From assembly GCA_963779415.1 (NCBI GenBank), contig CAVZYA010000001.1, forward strand, positions 1,312,001 through 1,376,000: DNA of 64,000 bases, given 5' to 3'. This document shows positions 30,175 to 40,033 of this stretch, one piece after another; the stretch's first letter is position 1, and the number at the start of each line of letters is the position of its first letter. This DNA comes from an uncultured Acidobacteriota bacterium. Lineage in GTDB: Bacteria; Acidobacteriota; Thermoanaerobaculia; UBA5066. The notes under the pieces are model-generated. The model ran no database searches and was not told where the DNA came from. It saw nothing but the letters and a program-made list of their open reading frames with translations. The translations under genes and the position numbers were made by a program.

Positions 30175-31971
30175 CTACGACCCGCTCGGCACGAAGCGGA
30201 AGAGGCCGCGGCCGACCGTCGCGAGGAAGAGGCCGTGTGCCCGGCGCGGGTCGCCCGACCACCCCGCCACGCGAAGTCCCGGCTCCGGCAGCGGGAGGGC
30301 CACGGCGGCGCCCGAATCGTCGCGGAAGACGAGGATCCCGCGCGCGTCGTCCACCTCGAGGCCGACGGAGACCGGGGTCCGGACGACTCGCGGACGGCCG
30401 AAGCCGCCGGAGAGCGGGCCGGTGATTCCGGGCGCATCGAGCGGGAGCCAGCGGCCCTGGTCCCAGACCAGGGAGGTGCCGGCCGATTCCGCGACGAGGG
30501 CCGGCACGGACGTCAACGGAAGAAGGATCCGGCGGAGAGCATCGATGGGCGCCGCGAGGCTTCCGAGACGCGCCCACGTTCGTCCCGCGTCCCGGCTCTC
30601 GAAGACACCCTGATCCGTGGCCGCGGCGATGGCGCCCCGGTCCACGAGAAGGGCCCGCGAGACGTGCGTCAGCGTCCTCTCCCACGGCGAGCGTTCGCCC
30701 GGCGTCGCGAAGACGCCGTCCGGCGTCGCGGCGACGAGACGCCCGCCCATGGAGACGAGAGCGACGACCGTCGCGGGGGGCGACGAGGCCAGCCTCTCGG
30801 CTCCTCCGGAAGACGGATCGATGGACCAGAGGCCGCCGGAGAGGCCGTCGGCCGCGCGCGCCACGACGAGCCGTCCGTCGCGCCCCGGGGCGACTGCGGA
30901 GAGGCGCGCTTCGGCGAGCCCGCGCGAGCCGCTGGAGAAGCTCGCGCCCGAGTCCTCGGAAACGAGAACGCCGTCGGACTCGGTCCCCGCGAGAAGGCGC
31001 GAGGGGCGTCGCGGATCGAAAAGGAGGGCGTTCACGACCAGCTCCGTCGAGAGGCGGCGAAAGCTCTTCCCGGCATCCCGGCTCTCGTAGAGGCCGCCCG
31101 TCGTCCCGGCGACGATCCGTTCGGGGTTCCCGGGGTCGATCCGGACGACGAGCGTTCGCCTGTCGGCGAGGCCTTCCCGATAGCGCACCCAGTTCGTTCC
31201 CCCGTCCGTCGTCCGATAGACCCATCCGCACGTGGCCGCCCAGAAATCGTCCGGGTTTCCGGTAGCGAAATCGAGGCTGAAAACCTCCGTGTCCTCCACC
31301 ATTCCCGCCGCGATCCGGACCCAGCTCCGGCCGAGGTCGGACGACCGGAAAGGATGGCGGAACGTCCCGGCGAAGAGGGTCTGCGGCCGGAGCGGGTGGA
31401 AGGCGACGAACGAGACCCCGGCGCCCGGGTCGAGCGGCGGAACGGAGCGCCGCCACGACGCGCCGCCATCCTCCGAGATTTCGAGGCCTCCGTCCCCTCC
31501 GGCGACGACGACGCGCCGCCCGTCGAGTCGTGTGACGGCGAGGGCCCGGGCCCCCGCGCGATCCTCCCACCGGCGGATCTCGGCGAACGTGGCGCCTCCG
31601 TCCTCCGTCACGACGATCCGCCCGCCGCGGACGACGCCGGTGAGGCCGATCCAGAGAGTCGCCGGCCGCACGGGGTCCGGCGCCAGCGCCGTCACCGCGA
31701 AGCCGGGAAAGCGGGCGGCGGGAGACGGGGGCGCCCATGACCGGCCGCCGTCCGAGGAGCGATAGACCCCTCCTTGCGCAGTGCCGAGCCAGAAACCGTC
31801 CGGCGCGGACCGGTCCACGGCCAGGGCTTTCACCTCCGCGCCGGGCAGCGGATAGCGCAGCCAGCTTCCGTCTATCGCTTCCGGAGCGGGAGCGCCGGAA
31901 ACGAGAGGCGACGCAAGAAAGAGCGCGGCAAGCGCGAGAATCCGGTGGCGTCTCGCGCGACTCCCGATCAG
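30175..31971 (-). CDS. Secreted BNR/Asp-box beta-propeller protein, apparent CTG start
   Basis: Repeated S.DGG.SW Asp boxes after a signal peptide RHRILALAALFLA. Confidence 0.8.
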   Translation of the reverse strand: MIGSRARRHRILALAALFLASPLVSGAPAPEAIDGSWLRYPLPGAEVKALAVDRSAPDGFWLGTAQGGVYRSSDGGRSWAPPSPAARFPGFAVTALAPDPVRPATLWIGLTGVVRGGRIVVTEDGGATFAEIRRWEDRAGARALAVTRLDGRRVVVAGGDGGLEISEDGGASWRRSVPPLDPGAGVSFVAFHPLRPQTLFAGTFRHPFRSSDLGRSWVRIAAGMVEDTEVFSLDFATGNPDDFWAATCGWVYRTTDGGTNWVRYREGLADRRTLVVRIDPGNPERIVAGTTGGLYESRDAGKSFRRLSTELVVNALLFDPRRPSRLLAGTESDGVLVSEDSGASFSSGSRGLAEARLSAVAPGRDGRLVVARAADGLSGGLWSIDPSSGGAERLASSPPATVVALVSMGGRLVAATPDGVFATPGERSPWERTLTHVSRALLVDRGAIAAATDQGVFESRDAGRTWARLGSLAAPIDALRRILLPLTSVPALVAESAGTSLVWDQGRWLPLDAPGITGPLSGGFGRPRVVRTPVSVGLEVDDARGILVFRDDSGAAVALPLPEPGLRVAGWSGDPRRAHGLFLATVGRGLFRFVPSGS

Positions 31972-32348
31972 ACGTCCTTCCCCGAGGAGGGAGCCGAGGA
32001 GCCGCCTGCCGCGGCTCCTTCCTTGGACGCTCCCCCGTCCTTCTTCGAGCCTTCGTCCTTCTTCGAACCTTCGTCCTTCTTCGAACCTTCGTCCTTCTTC
32101 GAACCTTCGTCCTTCTTCGAACCCTCGTCCTTCTTCGAACCCTCCGCGGTCTTTCCGCTCTCCCCGCCCGGGCGGCCGTAGTCGCTCACGTACCAGCCGG
32201 TCCCTTTGAACTGGAAGGCAGGCGCAGAAAGGAGCTTCTTGAGCGGACCGCCACAGCGGTCGCACGTCGTGAGCGGCGCCTCGGAGTGGCTCTGAATGGC
32301 TTCGAACGTCCTTCCACACGACTCGCACAGATACTCGAATAAAGGCAT
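31968..32348 (-). CDS. FmdB family zinc-ribbon protein with repeat tail
   Basis: MPLFEYLCESCG..FE..Q, CDRCGG, FKGTGWY..DY. Confidence 0.92.
   Translation of the reverse strand: MPLFEYLCESCGRTFEAIQSHSEAPLTTCDRCGGPLKKLLSAPAFQFKGTGWYVSDYGRPGGESGKTAEGSKKDEGSKKDEGSKKDEGSKKDEGSKKDEGSKKDGGASKEGAAAGGSSAPSSGKDV
32037..32144. repeat. 18-bp tandem repeat, 6 copies (EGSKKD)
   Basis: gtccttcttcgaaccttc repeated six times with synonymous variation only. Confidence 0.95.
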
Positions 32349-32380
32349 CGTCTCATCCCCCGTCTCGAACCGTCCGGCCT

Positions 32381-33178
32381 TCAGCGCCCGTTGCGAACGG
32401 CGGGAGCGTCGCCCGATCCGGTCCGCCACTGGAGCTTCCTGATGCCGCTCGCCCGCTCGCGGCGCAGGATCAGCTTCAGGACCGAGAAAGCGTACAGGAT
32501 TCTCGCGTTCTGCGCGACATCCCCCGGGCCGAGGCCCACGAGATCCCGGAGCGAGCGAGCGCCGTCCGCCCGCGCGAGGAACTGCCGCTCCGCCGTCGAG
32601 AGAGTCAGCTCGAGGCGTTCGGGCGTCTCGGGACCCGGCTCGAAGACCGACCACGAGGGACCGAGGCGGGCGACACAGCGCTTCGGATTCGTGATCCTCT
32701 TGGCCCCGTCGAGGACGGCCTGCGGCGTCGGGATGTCGAGCTGGATCTCCTCGTCCGCGCGTGACGGTCCCGCCTCGAACGTGACGCACCCGGTCTCCCA
32801 GTCGAAAACCGACCAGAGGATCGCCTTCACCTGGCTCTCGACCGTCGCGCGAAGCTCCTCGTCGGAGAGAACGCCGTGCTCGACGAGGATCTCGCCGTAA
32901 CGGCGCCCTCCCCTGGATGCGAGAAGCTCCATTTCGCGAAGCCGGTGCTCGGCCGTCTGGATCCGGTGGATCCGTCTGAGGTAGCTCCCGAGCGAGTCCT
33001 CGCGATCCGAGGAGGTCGCGAAGACGACATGCCCGCCCTGGAGGAAGATCCGCTTCTCGACGTCGTCCTTCACCGCCGTCACGACGCCGGGGGCGCGGTA
33101 GCGGTAGACGGTCTGGAGGATCTCCGGGAGAGGCTGCTCCGCGAGGTCCCCGACGAACTGGAATCTCTTCGAGGACAT
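32381..33178 (-). CDS. DUF4388/PATAN-like protein
   Basis: GDL....LPEILQ, GHVVFATS, GEILVE.G, FDWETG.V.F. Confidence 0.75.
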   Translation of the reverse strand: MSSKRFQFVGDLAEQPLPEILQTVYRYRAPGVVTAVKDDVEKRIFLQGGHVVFATSSDREDSLGSYLRRIHRIQTAEHRLREMELLASRGGRRYGEILVEHGVLSDEELRATVESQVKAILWSVFDWETGCVTFEAGPSRADEEIQLDIPTPQAVLDGAKRITNPKRCVARLGPSWSVFEPGPETPERLELTLSTAERQFLARADGARSLRDLVGLGPGDVAQNARILYAFSVLKLILRRERASGIRKLQWRTGSGDAPAVRNGR

Positions 33179-33248
33179 GGGCGCGATTCTAATCACCCGG
33201 CGGCGGGACGGGGCTCCTTCATCGCCCTCCCCTTGCTACGATGCCCAC

Positions 33249-34472
33249 GTGATCTCCTTCGAGCAGGCGCTCGAGCGCGTGCTCGAGGCGGTAACGCCGG
33301 CCGGCTCCGTGCGCGTTCCCGTCGCGTCCGCCGCGGGGCGCGTCCTCGCCGAGCCGGTCGTGGCCGACCTCGACCTCCCGCCGTTTCCGACGACGGCGAT
33401 GGACGGCTGGGCCGTGCGCGCCGCCGAGGCGAGACCGGCGCCGGCGCGGCTCCGGATCTCCGGGGCCTTCGGCGCGGGCGTGGCCGCCGGACCCCTTCCG
33501 GCCTCGAGCGCGATGAAGGTGATGACGGGAGCCCCGATCCCGCCCGGCGCCGATGCCATCGTTCCGGTCGAGGAGGCCCAGGAGCACGCGGACGGCACCG
33601 TGTCGCTCCGGACGGCCCCCGACGCCGGGGATCACGTCCGCAGACAGGGAGAAGTCTTCGCGGCCGGCGCGACCCTCCTTACGCCGGGATGCCGTCTCTC
33701 CCCCGCCGACCTCGTCCTCGCGGCCGCCGCGGGGCGCGACGTGATCGCCGTGGCTCGTTCGCTGCGAGCCGGCGTCCTCGTCACGGGCTCGGAGGTCGTC
33801 GGCACCGGCACGCGCCCCGGTCCCGCCCAGATCCGGAACACGAACGGACCGCTGCTCCTTGGCGCGCTCGCGCGCGCCGGCGCCGAGCCGCAGGATCTCG
33901 GATCGGCTCCCGACGACCCGAGAGCCCTGCGCGTCGCGATCGGAAGAGCACTCACCTCCGGACTCGACCTTCTCCTGACGACCGGCGGTGTCTCGGAGGG
34001 GGACTTCGATCTCATTCCGGAGGTTCTTTCCGGACTCGGAGCAAAGACGATCTTCCACAAGGTCTCGATCAAGCCCGGGAAGCCGGTTCTCTTCGCCGTG
34101 GCGGGCCAGACGCTCGTCTTCGGTGTCCCGGGGAACCCGGTCTCGGCCGCCGTCGTCTTCGATCTCTTCGTCCGGCCGCTCCTCCGCTCGGCGGCGGGCC
34201 TCTCCCCCGCTCTTCCGCCGCCGGTCGAGGCGACGCTCACGGCCTCCGCCTCGAACGGCGGACCGCGGCTCGCCTTCGTTCCGACCCGCCTCACCCGGCG
34301 CCGGAGCGCGATCGAGGCGGCGCCCGTCCCCTCCCGGGGAAGCCACGACGTCCTCGCCCACGCCCGGGCCGACGGGCTTCTCGTCCTCCCGCCGAGAGCC
34401 CGGCTCGCGCGGGGGGATCGCGCGAGCGTCTACGTCGGCACGGACGAGACGACTCTCGGAGCTTTCGAGTGA
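33249..34472 (+). CDS. moeA: Molybdopterin molybdotransferase MoeA
   Basis: GRVLAE, AMDGWA, TGAPIP.GAD, TGSE, TGGVS.GD.D, KPGKP, PGNPVS. Confidence 0.95.
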   Translation: MISFEQALERVLEAVTPAGSVRVPVASAAGRVLAEPVVADLDLPPFPTTAMDGWAVRAAEARPAPARLRISGAFGAGVAAGPLPASSAMKVMTGAPIPPGADAIVPVEEAQEHADGTVSLRTAPDAGDHVRRQGEVFAAGATLLTPGCRLSPADLVLAAAAGRDVIAVARSLRAGVLVTGSEVVGTGTRPGPAQIRNTNGPLLLGALARAGAEPQDLGSAPDDPRALRVAIGRALTSGLDLLLTTGGVSEGDFDLIPEVLSGLGAKTIFHKVSIKPGKPVLFAVAGQTLVFGVPGNPVSAAVVFDLFVRPLLRSAAGLSPALPPPVEATLTASASNGGPRLAFVPTRLTRRRSAIEAAPVPSRGSHDVLAHARADGLLVLPPRARLARGDRASVYVGTDETTLGAFE

Positions 34473-35728
34473 CCCGCCGCCGGGTGGCGATCACGGGACT
34501 CGGCTGCCTCACACCGCTCGGAATCGGCCGCGAGGCTTTTGCGGAAGGCCTCTCGGCCGGCCGCTCCGGAGTCTCCCGGATCTCCCTCTTCGATCCCTCC
34601 GACCTCCCGGTCCCGATCGCGGCCGAGGTTCCTCTCTTCGATCCGTCGTCCGTCATGCCGCCTTCCGAGCTCCGGCACGTCGCCCGCGTGGTCCCCCTCT
34701 CGCTCGCCGCCGCCGCCGAGGCGCTGGCCGACGCGGGCCTCGAGCCCGGGAGCCTTTCTCTCGAGGAGCGGCGACGGATCGCCGTCGTCTTCGGCTCCGG
34801 GGGCGGACCGGTGGAGTTCTTCGAGCGGATGTACGGCCACTGGTACCGGGGAGACCTGAAGAAGGCCTCCGTCTACTCGATTCCGACGGGGACGATCGGG
34901 ACGCTCTCCTCGGAGATCTCGATGCGCTTCGGCCTGAAAGGGCCGTCGCACGTCGTCTCTACCGGCTGCACCTCCTCGGCGGACGCGATGGCGTACGCCG
35001 CGAAGGCGATCGCGTACGGCGAGCGGGACGTCGTCGTTTCCGGCGGCGCCGACGCCGTCATCACGCCCGGAATCATGACGGGCTTCGCCCTGATGAAGAT
35101 CCTCTCCACGGGGTTTCAGGACCGCCCCGTGAAGGCGAGCCGCCCGTTCGACGCCGGCCGCGACGGCTTCGTCCTCGGCGAAGGGGCGTGGATCTTCGTC
35201 CTCGAGGAGCTGGAGCGGGCCCGTGCCCGCGGCGCCCGGATCCGGGCCGAGGTGCTCGGCTACGGCGCCACCTGCGACGCGTTCCACCGCGTCCGGCTCG
35301 ACGAAACGGGGGAGGAGCCCGCCCGGGCGATGCGCGAGGCGCTCGAGGACGCCGGCCTCTCCGCCGCCGACGTCTCCTACGTCCAGTACCACGGCACCTC
35401 GACCGTTCTCAATGACCGGATCGAGACGCGTGCCACGAAGCTGGCGCTCGGCGAGCATGCCCGCCGCATCCCCGGATCGAGCGTGAAGAGCCAGATCGGG
35501 CACCCCCAGGGGGCTTCGGGCGCCGCGGGGATCGCGGCAACGCTCGTCGGGATGGAGGAGGGGTTTCTCCCCGCCACGATCAACCTCGAGACGCCCGACC
35601 CGGAGTGCGACCTCGACTACGTCCCGAACGCCGTCCGGAAGGGCGAGATCGAGATCGCTCTCTGCAACGGAATCGCCTTCGGGTCGAAGAACTCGGCCCT
35701 CGTCCTCCGGAACGGCCGCGCGCTCTAG
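34469..35728 (+). CDS. Beta-ketoacyl-ACP synthase II-like (FabF family)
   Basis: STGCTSS, SRPFD..RDGFVLGEG, HGTST, KSQIGH, AFG. Confidence 0.92.
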   Translation: MTRRRVAITGLGCLTPLGIGREAFAEGLSAGRSGVSRISLFDPSDLPVPIAAEVPLFDPSSVMPPSELRHVARVVPLSLAAAAEALADAGLEPGSLSLEERRRIAVVFGSGGGPVEFFERMYGHWYRGDLKKASVYSIPTGTIGTLSSEISMRFGLKGPSHVVSTGCTSSADAMAYAAKAIAYGERDVVVSGGADAVITPGIMTGFALMKILSTGFQDRPVKASRPFDAGRDGFVLGEGAWIFVLEELERARARGARIRAEVLGYGATCDAFHRVRLDETGEEPARAMREALEDAGLSAADVSYVQYHGTSTVLNDRIETRATKLALGEHARRIPGSSVKSQIGHPQGASGAAGIAATLVGMEEGFLPATINLETPDPECDLDYVPNAVRKGEIEIALCNGIAFGSKNSALVLRNGRAL

Positions 35729-35731
35729 ACG

Positions 35732-36424
35732 ATGAGCTTCTGGGTCCCCGGGCGCCATCGCGCCGACGAGATCCTCGACGGGAATCTCCCGGCGCACGAG
35801 GAGGAGGCGAGCCTCTCCGACATCGAGTGGGTCCACCGGAACCTCGGCGGGCGCGTCCTCCTCGCGCGCCGCCTCATCCCCCTGCTCGAAAGCCTCGCCG
35901 GCCCCGAGCGGCGCCCCCTCTCCCTCATCGACCTCGGCTGCGGCTCGGGGCACGTCGGACGCGACCTCGTGGACGCCTTCGCCCGGCGCGGCGGAGCGCT
36001 CACGGTCCTCGGCTGCGACCTGAAACTCTCCCATGCGCGCCTCGCGAAACGGAGGCGGAGCGCCGCCGGCGACGCGCTCCGTCTTCCCGTCGCCACGTCG
36101 AGCGTCGACATCGTCTTCTCGACGCTCCTCCTCCACCATTTCTCGGACGGGGAATGCCGCCGGATCCTCCTCGAGTCTCGCCGCGTCGCGCGGCGGGCCG
36201 TCATCGCCTTCGACCTCTCGCGCCACCGCGCCGCCTGGGCCCTCATCTCGGTGGTCGGGCCGCTGGCGTTCCGGACGCCCATCTCGACTCTCGACGGGAA
36301 GGCGAGCGTCCTCCAGGCTTGGACGCCCTCCGAGATCTCCGCCCTCGCCTCGGACGTCCTCCCCGGAGCGGCCGTCCGCCGGGCGGGGCCTTTCGTCTGG
36401 CAGCTCGTCTGGACGCGCCCGTGA
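35732..36424 (+). CDS. SAM-dependent methyltransferase
   Basis: E.LD, DLGCGSG, LLHHF, DL.R, DG..S. Confidence 0.85.
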   Translation: MSFWVPGRHRADEILDGNLPAHEEEASLSDIEWVHRNLGGRVLLARRLIPLLESLAGPERRPLSLIDLGCGSGHVGRDLVDAFARRGGALTVLGCDLKLSHARLAKRRRSAAGDALRLPVATSSVDIVFSTLLLHHFSDGECRRILLESRRVARRAVIAFDLSRHRAAWALISVVGPLAFRTPISTLDGKASVLQAWTPSEISALASDVLPGAAVRRAGPFVWQLVWTRP

Positions 36425-37560
36425 GAGACCTCGCCTGCGACATCGCCGTCATCGGGGGCAGCCTCGCCGGGAGCGCGGCCGCCGGGGCGCTCGCCCGCGG
36501 CGGCGCCTCGGTCGTCGTCCTCGAGAAATCGATCTTTCCACGATCGAAGATCTGCGGCGGGTTCCTCTCGCACGAGGCCCTGCCGGTTCTCGAGCGACTC
36601 GGCGCGCTCGAAGCCGTCCGCGCGGCCGGACCCGAGACGATCACGCGATTCGCGCTCGTTCGGCCGGACGGACGCCGTGTCGAGGCCGACCTTCCCGCGC
36701 CGGTCCTCTCGCTTTCGCGTTCTCGCCTCGATTCGATCGCTGCGGCAGCGGCCTCTCGTCAGGGCGCCCGGATGCGCTTCGGCCAAGCCGTCAATTCCTT
36801 CGAAGGAAATCTCCGGGAGGGATTCCGGGTCAAGACCAACGACGAGGAGCTACGGGTCCGCGTCCTCGTGGGCGCCTGGGGTCGCTACAGCCCGCTCGAC
36901 GGCCAGCTCGAGCGGCCCCGCTACCGGCAGAAGGCCTCTCTGATCGGGTTTGGAAAGCGGCTCGTCGGAGACGGCTCCTCGTTGGCGGGGCGTGCCGTTC
37001 TCCACCTCTTCGAAGGAGGGTATCTTGGGCTCTCCCGCGTGGAGGAGGGGAGCGTCAACCTCGCGGCGCTCGCGACGCCGAAGCTCGCCGGGGAGGCTCA
37101 CCACGATCTCGATGAGCTTCTCGCGCGTCTGAAGCGCGGGAGCCCTTCGCTCGCGACGCAGCTCGAGGGCCTCTCCCCCGTCCCCGGCCCGGTTCTGGTC
37201 TCGGAGCCGGTTCATCTCGGACCTCACGGCTGCATCGCCCGCGACGTCCTCCTCGCGGGAGACGCCGCCGGCGTCATCGACCCCTTCACCGGAACCGGGA
37301 TGGCGCTCGCGCTCCTCTCGGGCGAGGCCTCGGCGGAGCCGATCCTCCGGTTCCTCGCCGGCCGGCTCGACGCGGAAGGGCTGAAACGGGAACACGAAAA
37401 GGCCTATGGAAGAATCGCCGGCCACCGCTTCGCCTTCTCGCGATTCTTCCGCTCCGTCTTCTACGGCGGGATCGCCTCGCGCCTCGTCGGCCCGGCCACG
37501 GCCCCGATCGCCCGCCTCGCCATCCGCCTCACCCGCGGCCCTGCGGCGGGGGTTCCCTAG
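36421..37560 (+). CDS. FAD-dependent oxidoreductase/monooxygenase (geranylgeranyl reductase-like)
   Basis: GGSLAG, FPR.K.CG.F, GDAAG..DPFTG.GM. Confidence 0.88.
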   Translation: MRDLACDIAVIGGSLAGSAAAGALARGGASVVVLEKSIFPRSKICGGFLSHEALPVLERLGALEAVRAAGPETITRFALVRPDGRRVEADLPAPVLSLSRSRLDSIAAAAASRQGARMRFGQAVNSFEGNLREGFRVKTNDEELRVRVLVGAWGRYSPLDGQLERPRYRQKASLIGFGKRLVGDGSSLAGRAVLHLFEGGYLGLSRVEEGSVNLAALATPKLAGEAHHDLDELLARLKRGSPSLATQLEGLSPVPGPVLVSEPVHLGPHGCIARDVLLAGDAAGVIDPFTGTGMALALLSGEASAEPILRFLAGRLDAEGLKREHEKAYGRIAGHRFAFSRFFRSVFYGGIASRLVGPATAPIARLAIRLTRGPAAGVP

Positions 37561-37937
37561 TTCATCGAGAAGCCGCCGACCCTCCCGTCCTTCAGGGCCA
37601 TCGTGACGAGGACGTCGTCCTTTCCGTCCTTGAACGCGAGCTTCCAGTAGGAGACCGAGAAGCCCCCCTTGTTCAGCGTCCCGAGGTAGGACGTCGTGTA
37701 GCCGCTCTTCATCCGGACATAGATCTTGACCGTGCCGCTGTCGAACTGCGTCTTCGGGAGAGCGGCCTTGAAGGCGGGCTCGGAGTTCTCGATGAAGGAG
37801 TCGTAATCCCCTTTCTCGACGGCCGTGATCATCTTCGTGAGCTGCGCCTTGGCCTCCGGCGACTGCGCGTGGGCAGGAAGAGAGAAAAGGAGACCCCCTG
37901 CAAAAAGCGCGGCCGCGACGGATTTCATCCGAGCCAT
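37557..37937 (-). CDS. Small secreted hypothetical protein
   Basis: Signal peptide ending AHA; plausible composition. Confidence 0.7.
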   Translation of the reverse strand: MARMKSVAAALFAGGLLFSLPAHAQSPEAKAQLTKMITAVEKGDYDSFIENSEPAFKAALPKTQFDSGTVKIYVRMKSGYTTSYLGTLNKGGFSVSYWKLAFKDGKDDVLVTMALKDGRVGGFSMN

Positions 37938-37941
37938 GTCG

Positions 37942-38520
37942 TCATCCCTTTCTGGTCGGACGCCGCCGGGGCGCCTTCGCCTTCGCTCTCGTCTTTCCGG
38001 CCTTCGGGAAGAGCCCGGTCCGGATCGTCTCGATCTGGCGGATATGGTGCCGGTCGTGCCCGGCGTACATGAAGACGATCTTCCGGATCGACTCCTCGCC
38101 CCGCTCGGCATGGATGCCGACGCGGTCCCAGTCCGGCTCGGCGAGCCGGTCGAGGAGCCCGAGGTTCACGGCGCGGGCCATCGCGAAGTCGTCGATCAGG
38201 TCGGCCGTCTTCGCATTCCCGGCCCCGAGCCTCTCCACGAAGGCGTCCTGGTCGTAACCGAGGATCGGCGGCCGGTCGTGCGCCGCGATGAAGCGGTAGC
38301 GGCTGCCGAGGATCACTTCGCCGTCCGACAGGTGCGCGACGATCTCCTTGATCGACCACTTCCCCGGTGCCGGTTTTTTCGAAAGCTGTCTCTCCGAGAG
38401 CCCGCGGACGAGGCGGCGAAGCCTGTCGGGGCTTTCCGCCATCACCTCGACCGGGTCGTCCCCGCCGAGGGCCTGCGCGTACTTTTCGGGAATCACGACT
38501 CCGGGTCTTCCAGCCACCAT
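37942..38520 (-). CDS. DinB/YfiT family protein
   Basis: PGKWS.KE...HL.D.E, AGHD.HH..QI. Confidence 0.88.
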   Translation of the reverse strand: MVAGRPGVVIPEKYAQALGGDDPVEVMAESPDRLRRLVRGLSERQLSKKPAPGKWSIKEIVAHLSDGEVILGSRYRFIAAHDRPPILGYDQDAFVERLGAGNAKTADLIDDFAMARAVNLGLLDRLAEPDWDRVGIHAERGEESIRKIVFMYAGHDRHHIRQIETIRTGLFPKAGKTRAKAKAPRRRPTRKG

Positions 38521-38534
38521 GGCGTCTCCTTTCG

Positions 38535-39359
38535 TCACCGTTTCGCCGGGAGCCCCCGCGAGAGGGCACCGAGGAAACCGAGATTCGTCCCCGTCAGCCA
38601 GTGCCCGCCGTCCACGGGAAGGCAGGAACCGGTTATGTACGCCGCGCGCGTCTCGTCGGCGAGGAAGGCGATCGACTCGGCGACCTCCTCGGCCGTCGTG
38701 AAGCGGCGCATCGGGATGGAATCGCGGATCTCGGCCGCGAGCGTCTCGTCGAGCCAGAGGTTCTTGTCGGTCCCTTCGGAGCGGAACGGGCCGGGAGAGA
38801 CCGCGTTGGCCCGGATCCCGAACCGCGCCCATTCCACGGCCAGCGTCCGGGTCATCGCGAGGACACCCGCTTTCGCCGAGGCGGAGTGGATCACCCCGGG
38901 CCCCGCGCCCCAGGCATAGTCGGCGACCACGTTCACGAAGGAGCGGGGCTTCCCGTCCTTCGCGTGCGCGTCGATCATCCCGAGCCCGAAGGCGCGGGAG
39001 ACGAAGAAGCTGCCGTTCAGGACGATCTCGATCACGGCCCGCCATCCGTTCGGGGAGAGCTTCTCGGCGGGGCAGACGAAGTTCCCGGCCGCGTTGTTCA
39101 CGACGACGTCGAACGGGCCCCATTCCGCGTGAAGCGACGAGGCCATCTTCGCGACGTCTTCCTCGAAGCGGACGTCGCACGTCGCCGTCTTCACGTCTGC
39201 GGCCCCCGCGGCGCGCGCGCGGCTCGCGGTCTCCCCGAGCGCTCCTTCGCGCCTCCCGCAGACGGCGACGCGCGCCCCCTCCCGGGCGAAGCGGACAGCC
39301 GTCGCGCGGCCGAGGCCGCTTCCCCCTCCGGTGACGAGAACGTTCCGCGCCCCGCTCAA
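38535..39359 (-). CDS. SDR oxidoreductase, 2,4-dienoyl-CoA reductase-like
   Basis: TGGGSGLG, NNAAGNF, LSPNGW, HSASAKAG. Confidence 0.9.
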   Translation of the reverse strand: MSGARNVLVTGGGSGLGRATAVRFAREGARVAVCGRREGALGETASRARAAGAADVKTATCDVRFEEDVAKMASSLHAEWGPFDVVVNNAAGNFVCPAEKLSPNGWRAVIEIVLNGSFFVSRAFGLGMIDAHAKDGKPRSFVNVVADYAWGAGPGVIHSASAKAGVLAMTRTLAVEWARFGIRANAVSPGPFRSEGTDKNLWLDETLAAEIRDSIPMRRFTTAEEVAESIAFLADETRAAYITGSCLPVDGGHWLTGTNLGFLGALSRGLPAKR

Positions 39360-39982
39360 TCCTGGAGGCCCGCTTCCCGGGCGATCTCCCCTTCCGTCAG
39401 CGGCTCATGGCCCCGACGGAGGATCTTCCCCGACGGCTCGTGGACGATCCAACAGGGGAGGCGGGAGATTCCGAGCGCGTTCGTCAGCGTCCCGTCCGGA
39501 TCGAGGAGGACCGGGCGGCGGAAGAGACGGGCCACGTGCGCGCAGTCCTTCAGTGGGGCGCCCGTCACGACGAAGCTCGTCTCGATGCCGCGTTTCTCGA
39601 GTGACTGCGCCAGCTCCGTGGCCGACTCGATCGACCCCTGTCCCTGCTCCTCCGTTCCGACGATCACGAGGAGACAGCCGCGACTCCGGCAGTCGAGGGG
39701 CGAGCCCTGCTCGAGGTTCGCGTCGAACGTGATGTATTTCGGGAGGGAGACGACCGGGATCCGCTTCGGGATCCGGAAGACGAGGAACGCGACGATGAAG
39801 ACGAGCGCGATCGAGCCGAAGATCGTGCTCAGGCGCGGGCCGAGAGGCATTCGCCTTTCGGGGAGCTTGAGCGGGCGCGTCGGCGCCGTCGGCGGCCCGT
39901 CGGGGGAGACGGTCTCGGGATCCGGTGAGACGGTCTTCGGGACTTCCGGCTTCGGAACACCCGGTGTACTGAGAGAGCCCAC
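39356..39982 (-). CDS. Membrane-anchored hypothetical protein (possible thioredoxin-like fold)
   Basis: One TM; LLDPDG.L...LG....P. Confidence 0.55.
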   Translation of the reverse strand: MGSLSTPGVPKPEVPKTVSPDPETVSPDGPPTAPTRPLKLPERRMPLGPRLSTIFGSIALVFIVAFLVFRIPKRIPVVSLPKYITFDANLEQGSPLDCRSRGCLLVIVGTEEQGQGSIESATELAQSLEKRGIETSFVVTGAPLKDCAHVARLFRRPVLLDPDGTLTNALGISRLPCWIVHEPSGKILRRGHEPLTEGEIAREAGLQD

Positions 39983-40033
39983 GACCGATGATTATGGGGC
40001 GTCGCGGCCGGAGCGTGAAGGGGCGCCGTCCGG

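Noticed and set aside
32037-32144. 18-bp repeats as CRISPR or iterons
   Set aside because: Head-to-tail with no spacers and in frame within a coding tail.
32876-35728. Fused MoeA-FabF or extended FabF (950 aa)
   Set aside because: MoeA is in another frame with its own stop; FabF starts at the GTGA overlap at 34469.
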